DNA of 64,000 nucleotides from Candidatus Omnitrophota bacterium (GTDB lineage Bacteria > Omnitrophota > Gorgyraeia > 2-01-FULL-45-10): contig JAPLME010000003.1 of NCBI GenBank assembly GCA_026387175.1, positions 41,178-105,177 on the forward strand. Direction: 5' to 3'. Each line of letters starts with the position of its first letter. Positions within the stretch are counted from its first letter, which is position 1. Made by a program: the position numbers and the translations under genes. Under the pieces are notes generated by a model that was given only the letters and a program-made list of their open reading frames with translations, ran no database searches and was not told the DNA's origin. Below are positions 9,263 to 17,456 of the stretch, piece by piece.

Positions 9263-10870
9263 CTAAGGGGAAGTCCTGGCACAGCGAATGCCGACATAGT
9301 AGTAGCGACCAGCATCCGTGTACGCCGCGTAGATACGGTCCGATACACGAGCGTAGGAACTGCCGGTGCTCCAACCGCCGCCGCGGTAGCCTGAGCCGGT
9401 CGCGTTAGTTCCCGGCCAGTCGGTATTAGTTGTGCTTAAACTGCCGTCGCCGTGACTTCCGATAAATAACCTGCCGGTACTATTGCCTACGGTAACCGGC
9501 CTCTCCCATAAATTCCCTGAAAGCTCCATTATTCCGTAATAGGAACCGCCGGAGGCATATCGGCTTGAGGAACTGGTCGCGGCAAATCCTGAGCGCATAG
9601 GACCTGATACAGTACCGTTGTAGGAGCAATTAGCGTTGTTAGTAGCAGTTTCATTATTCGCGCCGGGATTTGTGGGCCCGGTAGGACCAGCGGTGGGAGC
9701 GGTTGGCCCCCAGGCGTATTCATTGGCTATCGGGTTCATCAGCCCTATAGACGCCTTTTCAAACTCAAGCTCTGTAAATGGCCGGAGTCCCGCCCAATCA
9801 GCATAAGCACATAAGTCGGGCCAGCTTACGTAGTTACAGGCTATCCATTCGCCGTCAGTGGATTCGTTCGGTGTGCCATTATTGTTGTAATCACAGTAAA
9901 ACGTTATTGGGGTAGTGGCTGGAATAGCGGCATCACATCGTATTCCACTACGATAATTAGAAGCGGAAGCGATATTAGCGGCAACACTGGTATTTGCCAT
10001 AACATATATATTGGTTACGGATGTTGTGCCCGAAGCCAGGGTTGTCCCGTTACCAGCCCTTTGGTTCTGCTGGGCACGGTTTAATGTATTCAGAAAATCC
10101 CGGTATTGGCCCTGGTTAACTTCATATTTCATCATGTAGAAACCGTTATAACCTTTGGGGAAAGCGGCAGGTATTGGGCCAGCCTGATCGCCGCCATAAG
10201 TATTTGAATTCGGATAATAGAGATTCCCGGTTGCTGTGCCCACAATAATAGAGTCTTCAGAGGATATCTTGTAAGGGCTGGTGGTGTTGGGATAGCTATA
10301 GAAAGCGTTTGTCTCAGTACCGCCTGAACCTACATAGAACGAACCCGTCGGCACATAGACCATTTCTATCGCCATAACTTTAACCGAGATAGAAGCCGAA
10401 GGAGAGACTCCATCTGTGGCGTAATCCCAGTATACGACTTGGTTGGTCCCGGGCCTGCAGAAAGCGCCTTTTTGATCGGCGCTTATTCCGGTACCGCTTT
10501 GGGCGTTATAGCTACTTACTGTCCCCCCTGAAATTAATGTGGCATGGCTCCAGGCTGTATCGGTACCGGCATTCGCGGCGTCGAAGTACTTCACGAATAC
10601 CCAGGCCCGGTCGAAGAAAGTCTGGCCGTTATTGTCTACGGAAGTGAAAGAATTGTCCCAGACAACGTCGAACTTTACGCCTATCGTACCGTTCGGCTGG
10701 CCTGCGGCTTTATATAAGGAGACATTACTTACGATTATATTATTAGCGTAAGCCTGGGAGGTGAATATTGAATAATGGAAAGCGGAGAGTGCTACTAATA
10801 AGAAGAGGACGCGAAACTTAGAGAGAGAGAGAGAGAGAGAGGAAAGGCTACGGGCAAAACGTTTCAACAT
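9263..10870 (-). CDS. DGR target: secreted protein with C-terminal FGE-sulfatase/SUMF1 (CLec-fold) domain
   Basis: AGGAGG SD; signal peptide ending near AYA; MVYVPTGSFYVG, MKYEVNQGQY, LRPFTELEFEKA, YGIMELSGNLWE, YRGGGW...GIRCAR; the VR encodes the last ~41 codons. Confidence 0.93.
   Translation of the reverse strand: MLKRFARSLSSLSLSLSKFRVLFLLVALSAFHYSIFTSQAYANNIIVSNVSLYKAAGQPNGTIGVKFDVVWDNSFTSVDNNGQTFFDRAWVFVKYFDAANAGTDTAWSHATLISGGTVSSYNAQSGTGISADQKGAFCRPGTNQVVYWDYATDGVSPSASISVKVMAIEMVYVPTGSFYVGSGGTETNAFYSYPNTTSPYKISSEDSIIVGTATGNLYYPNSNTYGGDQAGPIPAAFPKGYNGFYMMKYEVNQGQYRDFLNTLNRAQQNQRAGNGTTLASGTTSVTNIYVMANTSVAANIASASNYRSGIRCDAAIPATTPITFYCDYNNNGTPNESTDGEWIACNYVSWPDLCAYADWAGLRPFTELEFEKASIGLMNPIANEYAWGPTAPTAGPTGPTNPGANNETATNNANCSYNGTVSGPMRSGFAATSSSSRYASGGSYYGIMELSGNLWERPVTVGNSTGRLFIGSHGDGSLSTTNTDWPGTNATGSGYRGGGWSTGSSYARVSDRIYAAYTDAGRYYYVGIRCARTSP
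9270..9392 (-). repeat. DGR variable repeat (VR)
   Basis: Encodes GYRGGGWSTGSSYARVSDRIYAAYTDAGRYYYVGIRCART, versus TR-encoded GYRGGNWNNDSSNARVSDRNNAANTNANRNNNNGIRCAKT. Confidence 0.97.
10820..10841 (-). repeat. (CT)11 dinucleotide tract in the target signal-peptide coding region
   Basis: (AG)11 on the + strand; encodes SSLSLSLS. Confidence 0.92.
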
Positions 10871-10882
10871 ATTTCCTCCTGT

Positions 10883-10910
10883 TTTTTAAAAATGGGACAC
10901 ATCCCTTTTT
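10883..10910. repeat. Right arm of the 28-bp inverted repeat flanking the DGR target gene
   Basis: TTTTTAAAAATGGGACACATCCCTTTTT; lies between the promoter and the SD of the target. Confidence 0.85.
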
Positions 10911-10941
10911 CTAAAGAAAACACGAAAATCCAACTTACCTG

Positions 10942-10971
10942 ATTATACTTCTCTCCCCCGTCTCGCGTCAA
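10942..10971 (-). promoter_or_regulatory. Sigma70-type promoter for the DGR target
   Basis: TTGACG-N18-TATAAT on the minus strand. Confidence 0.55.
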
Positions 10972-11036
10972 CTGTTTAATAAAATTGGTATGGGGTCAGG
11001 TCTCCACTCTACACTTTTACCAGATTATTAATTTTA

Positions 11037-11318
11037 TCATGCCTGCTTTAATAGCCTGCGTATTTCATCGTGATTACCATATGCGATGAATTCTATAAGG
11101 CCCTTCTGTTTTTTAATCAAAATACGCCTATTTGAGGCGGCATCTATCTCGAAATAATCATCCTTACCCGCCATCTTTCTTACTCGTAAATCGGCAAATA
11201 TCATATCCTTGTTGTAATAATTGAATAGCTCGCGGATCTTTTCATCGATCCTGGATTTTTCAGAATGAGGAAGCTTCTTGTATACACGTTCAAAAGAAGG
11301 CTTGATAATAATCTTCAT
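11037..11318 (-). CDS. Type II toxin, RelE/ParE-superfamily-like
   Basis: 93 aa, basic; PSFERVYKKL...RRILI...IAYGNHDEI pattern; 4 bp downstream of the antitoxin. Confidence 0.7.
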   Translation of the reverse strand: MKIIIKPSFERVYKKLPHSEKSRIDEKIRELFNYYNKDMIFADLRVRKMAGKDDYFEIDAASNRRILIKKQKGLIEFIAYGNHDEIRRLLKQA

Positions 11319-11322
11319 GCAT

Positions 11323-11610
11323 TTATGATGCCTTATGAAGATGTCTTATAGCCGCATCAGCGCTGTCAAACGCCTTTCCTTTCGCGGAGGCAAGCTTTTC
11401 GATTTTCTTCCATTCCTGCGGTGTATAAGGGTTATCCTCTTTGATTGTTGTGGTCACTCTTAATAACATAAAACCACCTGAAGCCGCTTTAAAGGCTATT
11501 TCGGATCCTTCTTTAAGGCCGAGCAAAGCCCTCACGGCTCTTGGAATGGTAGTCTGACCTTTTGAGGTAATATGCGACATGTAATATCTGCCCTTATTAA
11601 GTGTTTTCAT
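11323..11610 (-). CDS. AbrB/MazE/SpoVT-family antitoxin
   Basis: ITSKGQTTIPRAVRALLGLKEGSEIAF swapped-hairpin signature. Confidence 0.85.
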   Translation of the reverse strand: MKTLNKGRYYMSHITSKGQTTIPRAVRALLGLKEGSEIAFKAASGGFMLLRVTTTIKEDNPYTPQEWKKIEKLASAKGKAFDSADAAIRHLHKAS

Positions 11611-11640
11611 TTTCGCGCCGCTCCTTTCGTATTCATTATT

Positions 11641-11696
11641 CCTTACTTTCTTACTTCCTTACAATACAAATATACCACATTTCGCCGGTTTGTCAA
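11641..11696 (-). promoter_or_regulatory. TA operon promoter with tandem CTTAC repeats (probable operator)
   Basis: TTGACA-N16-TATATT with extended TG (11669-11696); three CTTAC repeats at 11642-11662 just downstream of the -10. Confidence 0.6.
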
Positions 11697-11709
11697 TAGG
11701 AATCAGGTT

Positions 11710-13287
11710 CTAACCCTTTTTAATGTGCTCCGAAAGGTAGTTACCCGTAAGATCATCAATGGCTTGCGTCAATTCCTGTATCCTCAGCTCCTTTTCGAAA
11801 CGTAGCCTCATATCTACAGGCGGAGATGTCATGATCTCATACTGCAATCTTTTGCGCTCGAAGTATGCCCTTCTCAGGTCATCGAGAATATCATTCCTTA
11901 ATTGAGTCGTAAGGCGCGAACGGACGTCTATATTGGTCTGGTCATCGGACCAGATCAGGTTCGCCAGGTCCCATGACACCGAAATATCGAAACCTTCATT
12001 GATATCATCCGGGCCCACTACCACGCGATCCCTGTCCGGGACGGTTGCGGCCGCGACTATGTTATAATTGTTGGATGTGCTGTTATCAAATCCCACGCTG
12101 ACCTTCGGCGCCAACGCCCTCATCCGCGCGGCAGTACGCCACTCCTTTATCTTATCGGGGTGGACTTCATTAAACCTCATCGCAGCTTCCTGCAGCTCTT
12201 TAAAAGAAGGCTCGCCGTCAAATATCACCTTCATCGTCTTCAAGTTCTTCTCCACGTCCATATACTGGTTCTCTGTGAAATTTCCTATCTCTAATTTATA
12301 AAGGCCTTTGTCTGTGCCGGCCCAAAGCGTCTTCTCTTCCGCCTCTCCAAATACGATTTTCTTCACGTTCAGGGCTTTGTCCATGCCTTTGTATAGTTCG
12401 CTCCATTTGTTCTCATTCGCGGCGAACTCAAAGACTCCTTTAGTCGTCGCACAATACATTTTATCAGAGCTCTCCGAAACGAGAAGACAGTTTACGGTCC
12501 CGCGCAATCCCGTAGCGCAAAGGTATTTCCAGCTCTTAGCATTATCTTCCGAACATAATATACGTCTGGTGGATGCCGCATAGATCTTCGATCCTTTAAA
12601 CGCAATGCAATTTATACCCGGATCGGCAGCCTTCTCCGGTTCTGCGGAATCGGATGCCTCCTCCGGAGTATCACCGATATCCGACGCGTTAATATAGACA
12701 AATACCCTCTGCCAATCATAGGAATGGTCTCCGGTTGAATATAATCCGTCGTCGGCTCCGGCATATATATGTCCGCCATTAAGCGCAATACATTTAACCC
12801 GATGGTTCTTCAGTATACCGCTTGAGTCGCGCCACCTGGCGCCGCCGTCGTCGCTTATAAACAGCCCCCGCTCGGTGCCGATCATTACCTTATCGGCATT
12901 ACGGCCAGGAATATCAATGACGAGAACGCTCGACTTCTCCGGTATTATCGTCTTGAATACATTTCGCCAGGTCTTGCCAAGATCTTGAGATTTGAAAAGC
13001 CCGCGCCTGGTCCCGACAAATAAATTGCCGGAGTTACCGCTTATGCAGGCTATCTCATTATCGCTCGACGGAATAAAGAATATGGATTCCCATCTCGCCT
13101 TTGGCCCGTTTGAAGCATAAAGCTCGGTCCTGGTGGCCAAATATATCTTCCGGCCATCCACAAAGACGGACCTGGTATCGATATTGCGTATCGAGCCGTC
13201 CTTTGACGTCCACAGTTCCTGAGGATAAATGGTTAACGCGCCCAGCAGCACAAAAGCCAGTACAAAAATAATGCTCTTAATTGACAT
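11710..13287 (-). CDS. Secreted BNR/Asp-box beta-propeller protein with helical C-terminal domain
   Basis: Signal peptide; repeated SxDxGxxW (SQDLGKTW, SDDGGARW) and GTxxGL blades. Confidence 0.75.
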   Translation of the reverse strand: MSIKSIIFVLAFVLLGALTIYPQELWTSKDGSIRNIDTRSVFVDGRKIYLATRTELYASNGPKARWESIFFIPSSDNEIACISGNSGNLFVGTRRGLFKSQDLGKTWRNVFKTIIPEKSSVLVIDIPGRNADKVMIGTERGLFISDDGGARWRDSSGILKNHRVKCIALNGGHIYAGADDGLYSTGDHSYDWQRVFVYINASDIGDTPEEASDSAEPEKAADPGINCIAFKGSKIYAASTRRILCSEDNAKSWKYLCATGLRGTVNCLLVSESSDKMYCATTKGVFEFAANENKWSELYKGMDKALNVKKIVFGEAEEKTLWAGTDKGLYKLEIGNFTENQYMDVEKNLKTMKVIFDGEPSFKELQEAAMRFNEVHPDKIKEWRTAARMRALAPKVSVGFDNSTSNNYNIVAAATVPDRDRVVVGPDDINEGFDISVSWDLANLIWSDDQTNIDVRSRLTTQLRNDILDDLRRAYFERKRLQYEIMTSPPVDMRLRFEKELRIQELTQAIDDLTGNYLSEHIKKG

Positions 13288-13315
13288 AAAAAATCCTCCA
13301 TATTTTCAGGAGGAG

Positions 13316-13344
13316 ATCATACCACAATATTGACTTTTTGTCAA
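13316..13344 (-). promoter_or_regulatory. Sigma70-type promoter
   Basis: TTGACA-N17-TATGAT with extended TG. Confidence 0.6.
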
Positions 13345-13383
13345 CTTAAATTTGATTTTTAATTAAATTAATAGAGCAGGCTT

Positions 13384-13761
13384 TTATTGAACGTGCTTGT
13401 TGACGAGTTCCAGTAGACCTTCCATGCTCACCGGCTTTATAATATAATCCGCCGCTCCCAGCTTTCCGGCATCGAACGCGTATTCTATATCGCTCTGCGC
13501 CGTGATTATTATAACGGGGATCGTAGATGTCCTGGAATCGGCCTTTAACCGTAAAAGAGCCTCGAAACCGTTGACTTTCGGCATAACGAGGTCCAGCAGT
13601 ATGACTTTGGGCAGATCTTTTTTTGCCTTTTCCACCCCGTCATGGCCGTTATACGCTCCGATGACGTTATATCCATAAGCCTCAAGCCGCATCTTCACCG
13701 CATCGACAAAACCAACCTCGTCATCTATCACAAGTATGGTTTTTTGCGCCATAAGCTTCAC
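13384..13761 (-). CDS. Single-domain response regulator (receiver)
   Basis: ILVIDDE, ILLDLVMP, IIITA, GAADYIIKP. Confidence 0.93.
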   Translation of the reverse strand: MKLMAQKTILVIDDEVGFVDAVKMRLEAYGYNVIGAYNGHDGVEKAKKDLPKVILLDLVMPKVNGFEALLRLKADSRTSTIPVIIITAQSDIEYAFDAGKLGAADYIIKPVSMEGLLELVNKHVQ

Positions 13762-13798
13762 TCCCCTTCTTTTAATGAGAGTATATCACATAATATAT

Positions 13799-14497
13799 CT
13801 AAGAACAGGCCGAATATATAAATTTTTTATCCACCAGCCTGAGCTTTCCCTCTTTCAGATCCGCCAGGTTTACCCTGCCTATCCTTATGCGTAAAAGATC
13901 CAGCACCTTATACCCGAGAGCCTCAAAGAGCCTGCGCAGATGGCGCTTCTTCCCTTCGCATATGATCACGGTCAGTTGCGTCTTGTTCGGCCATCTTTTA
14001 CTTATCGAAGCGGATTTCACTTTAAGGATCTCTCCGTAATCTTCAACTCCTCTTATCAGCTTCTTGATTATGGACTCTTCGGCATCGCCCTCTATAGTCA
14101 CGATATATTCTTTTTCGATCTCAAACTTCGGATGAGTAAAACGGTGGCAAAGATCCCCGTCATTCGTAAGTATTATCAGCCCCCGCGAATTTTTATCGAG
14201 CCTTCCTACGGGATAAACGCGCCCGAACCGCTTCGGGATCAAATCAGTTATCTTCTCCTCCGCGAATTTGTCCTCACAGGTCGCCGTTACGCCCCTCGGC
14301 TTATTGAATAGGATATAGACCTGCTTTTCGGCGTTTAATAATTTGCCGCACGCCTTGACCGCGTCGTCATCCGATACTTCGAACCACGGTTCAAGCACGG
14401 GTTTGCCGTTTACGGTGACTTTACCGTCTTTGATAAGGAGCGCGGCATTCCTCCTGGAACAATAGCCACATCGAGCTATGTAGAGATTCAGCTTCAT
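13799..14497 (-). CDS. rRNA pseudouridine synthase (RsuA/RluB family)
   Basis: S4 domain (SRRNA), VGRLDKNSRGLIILTNDG, EGKKRHLRR. Confidence 0.92.
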   Translation of the reverse strand: MKLNLYIARCGYCSRRNAALLIKDGKVTVNGKPVLEPWFEVSDDDAVKACGKLLNAEKQVYILFNKPRGVTATCEDKFAEEKITDLIPKRFGRVYPVGRLDKNSRGLIILTNDGDLCHRFTHPKFEIEKEYIVTIEGDAEESIIKKLIRGVEDYGEILKVKSASISKRWPNKTQLTVIICEGKKRHLRRLFEALGYKVLDLLRIRIGRVNLADLKEGKLRLVDKKFIYSACS

Positions 14498-16785
14498 GAA
14501 AATATTACTCCCGCTATAAGTACGATTAAGGTCTTAAAGCTGAGCGCGGCTATCACAAGGCATGTCTTAGGTAAGCCGAGTATCGGGAGAAGGAATAACC
14601 CGGTTACGAGCGCGCCAATACACGAACCGAACAGGTCCCGGCCGTAATTTATGCCCGCCACATGTCCCCTCTCTTCCTCATTATTCAGGCAGAGCGCTCC
14701 GGCGATCGGAAATATAAAACCTCCCAGGAATCCGGAAAGCAGAGGTAGCATCAAGAATATGACATTGGACCCGAGCCAGCTCACAAACTCGCCGTGTGCG
14801 CATGAAAGGTAGCTGAGCACCGACAATAACAGGAGCGGATACAGCGAAAGGATACTTAAAAGAGTTATAAGCGCGTACTTATTCCTGGATTGATCTAGGC
14901 GCGACAAAACTCTTAGGCCGGACAGGCCTCCGAGGGCTATGCCCGCCATGAAGGCAGTCAGTATAATACCCAGTTTATAGAATATGAAACCGTAGATCAT
15001 CTGGAACGAAAGCAGTATGATGATCTGGAAAGACATCTGGCTGAAACCGTTGACCGACACGGAAAGCATCGTCACGACCTTGCAGATCTTCTTTTTCTTC
15101 ACAAGTATAAAACCCGCCGCAAGGATCGCTATCAGGACCAGTATCACTGCCGACCAGACCACTCTTTCATTGACGGTCTTCAGCGTCTTGGCCAGCGAGG
15201 AGTCTTTAAAGCGGGCGGCCCACGCCGTTATTCTGTAATAATACGATGAGGGCCTGAAATCACGGTTTATCCGTATGTTCCGGTCATCCTTGACTATCTT
15301 ATCCGTATAGGAAATAAGCTCATTGGACATCCTCGAAACGAGGTAATATTCACGTACATACTTCAGTTTCAATCCCCTGGCCTTGGCCCTATCCATCAGG
15401 ATATTGTAATCATAAGTGAGCACACCCTTTTTCGGCGATGCCAGGAAATACGCCGTTTCGCCGGGAATAACTTTGATATCCGGAAAGACCTTCTCCAATG
15501 TCGCGTATATCGACCTTAGGAAATCGGCAAGCTCAGGGCCTATATAACTCTCCGAGGCGCTCAGCCCGAACGACAGGACTCCTCCGTCATTCATTATATT
15601 TCTGACCTCGTTATAAAATTCCAGCGTATAAAACCTGTTCATCTGCGCCGTATACGGATCACCGAGGTTAATTATGACGCAATCATATTTTTCAGAGGTC
15701 CTCTTGATATAGCGCCTTCCGTCTTCGAATATAACGGACACCCCGGGATTTAAGAACTGCGCGCGATTCTCCGCGCTCAGATGTTCTTCGGCCATCTTCA
15801 GTATGAGCGGGTCGAGCTCGACATAATCTATCTTTTCGACCGGATGCCTGGCTATTTCGTCCAGGAGCCCACCCGCGCCTCCGCCTATCAGGAGCACCTT
15901 CTTTGGGGCCGGGTGCTCCAGGAGAGCAAAATGAGCGGCCTCTTCCGCTGTGGGCCTGTCCGGAACCGCATACAGATAAAGGCCGTTATCGAAGAAAGAG
16001 AATTGGTTTCCCTTTTTCGTCACGGCGACATTGCCGTAAATAGAATTTTTTGATGCCAGGAGTTCGCTCCCCCGCCATTCCACCTTCAGGAAATATTCGT
16101 CCAGGGCCTTCCACCCGCTGAAGAGCCATAAGATGATATATAAGGAGAATACCATTACCGCAAGGAACGGTATTATTCTGTTGGATTTTTCTTCTTTGCG
16201 CGACCTGGATAGCGTAACAGCCGAAATCAACATTAGCGAGCCCAGCGCGCCCATTATCTGCATCGAGTTCAAATACCGGATCAGGATAAAACTGGTGATG
16301 ACGCCTCCTATCATCGCGCCGACGGCTTCCATGATATATACTTCGCCTATCCTGGACGCTCCGAGGCTGGGCTCGGGCCTATGGACACGCGATGCCAGCG
16401 AGAACATGAAGCCGAGGATCGTGCAGATAGGCAGCAGAATTATCAGGCTGGCGCAAGCTATCGGGAAGATAGGGACTATCTCTCCGGGGTTGACCCCGAG
16501 AGCCAATCTGACGGATCGGACCGCCATTACAGACAGAGGAAACAGTATGCTTACGGCGACCTGACACGCGATGAAGACCGACATCCTGTTCTTTAGCCTA
16601 TCCGCAAAATGCGCTCCCAGGAAAGCGCTCCCTATCGCGCCCCCTATGAGCCAGCTCGCGAGAATGAAGGCCAGAGAAAGCTCATTTCCGCAGAATACTA
16701 TAAGAAGCTCGCGGATAAGCACTATCTGCGAGGCCATGGCGGTAAAACCGATGAGGGCTATCGAAAAGACGATGGGTTTTTTCAT
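14494..16785 (-). CDS. Membrane protein fused to a spermidine-synthase-like SAM domain
   Basis: TM bundles flanking VLLIGGGAG, VELDP, EDGRRYI, YTLEFY. Confidence 0.85.
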   Translation of the reverse strand: MKKPIVFSIALIGFTAMASQIVLIRELLIVFCGNELSLAFILASWLIGGAIGSAFLGAHFADRLKNRMSVFIACQVAVSILFPLSVMAVRSVRLALGVNPGEIVPIFPIACASLIILLPICTILGFMFSLASRVHRPEPSLGASRIGEVYIMEAVGAMIGGVITSFILIRYLNSMQIMGALGSLMLISAVTLSRSRKEEKSNRIIPFLAVMVFSLYIILWLFSGWKALDEYFLKVEWRGSELLASKNSIYGNVAVTKKGNQFSFFDNGLYLYAVPDRPTAEEAAHFALLEHPAPKKVLLIGGGAGGLLDEIARHPVEKIDYVELDPLILKMAEEHLSAENRAQFLNPGVSVIFEDGRRYIKRTSEKYDCVIINLGDPYTAQMNRFYTLEFYNEVRNIMNDGGVLSFGLSASESYIGPELADFLRSIYATLEKVFPDIKVIPGETAYFLASPKKGVLTYDYNILMDRAKARGLKLKYVREYYLVSRMSNELISYTDKIVKDDRNIRINRDFRPSSYYYRITAWAARFKDSSLAKTLKTVNERVVWSAVILVLIAILAAGFILVKKKKICKVVTMLSVSVNGFSQMSFQIIILLSFQMIYGFIFYKLGIILTAFMAGIALGGLSGLRVLSRLDQSRNKYALITLLSILSLYPLLLLSVLSYLSCAHGEFVSWLGSNVIFLMLPLLSGFLGGFIFPIAGALCLNNEEERGHVAGINYGRDLFGSCIGALVTGLFLLPILGLPKTCLVIAALSFKTLIVLIAGVIFS

Positions 16786-17456
16786 AGCGCTTTAATTCCC
16801 GCCCGGATAAGGCCGAGGCCGAATAATATTAAAATGGCTGAACAGGATATCCTGAATATGCTATTGGCTGTTTTTGAACGGAATATCTTGCGGGCAAAGC
16901 CCTTAAAGATACCGGTGAGGCTCGCGATAACTATGATTCCGGCAAGAAAAGTGCCGAGGCCGAAAGAGAACGCGTATGACGCGCCCTCAAACGCGCTCCT
17001 CGATATGAGCGCGATCTCGAACAGCAGAGCAGTCAAGGGCCCGCAAGGGCTTATTCCCACTAAAAATCCGAGGGCGAGAAGACTCCCTGAATTGTATACC
17101 TTACCGCTGTATTCATTACACGCGCACAATTTAGTTTCTTTATACATAAATACAAATATTCCCAAAAGGATGCTTATCACGCCGCTGGCTAGATTAAAAT
17201 ACGGCGTAAGGTCCGTTTCGATGAAGCGCCTTAAATAGAAACCCGATAGACCGGCTATCGCCCCCAGTATAATATACGCAAAAAGCCTGCCGGACAGGAA
17301 GACCGTTATATCGGCGGCAGTCTCTCCCCATCCTTTCTGCCGGGCTGTTATATATGTTATCATGACAGGCATGCAGACCAGAAGGCATGGCCCGTAACTT
17401 GCGAAGCTGAAACCTATCCAGAAGACCTGAAGATGCGTGATTAAATTATCGGGCAC
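16782..17456 (-). CDS. TauE/SafE or DsbD_2-like membrane protein
   Basis: GPCLLVC, GRLFAY, SPCGPL, FGLGT. Confidence 0.75.
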   Translation of the reverse strand: MPDNLITHLQVFWIGFSFASYGPCLLVCMPVMITYITARQKGWGETAADITVFLSGRLFAYIILGAIAGLSGFYLRRFIETDLTPYFNLASGVISILLGIFVFMYKETKLCACNEYSGKVYNSGSLLALGFLVGISPCGPLTALLFEIALISRSAFEGASYAFSFGLGTFLAGIIVIASLTGIFKGFARKIFRSKTANSIFRISCSAILILFGLGLIRAGIKAL

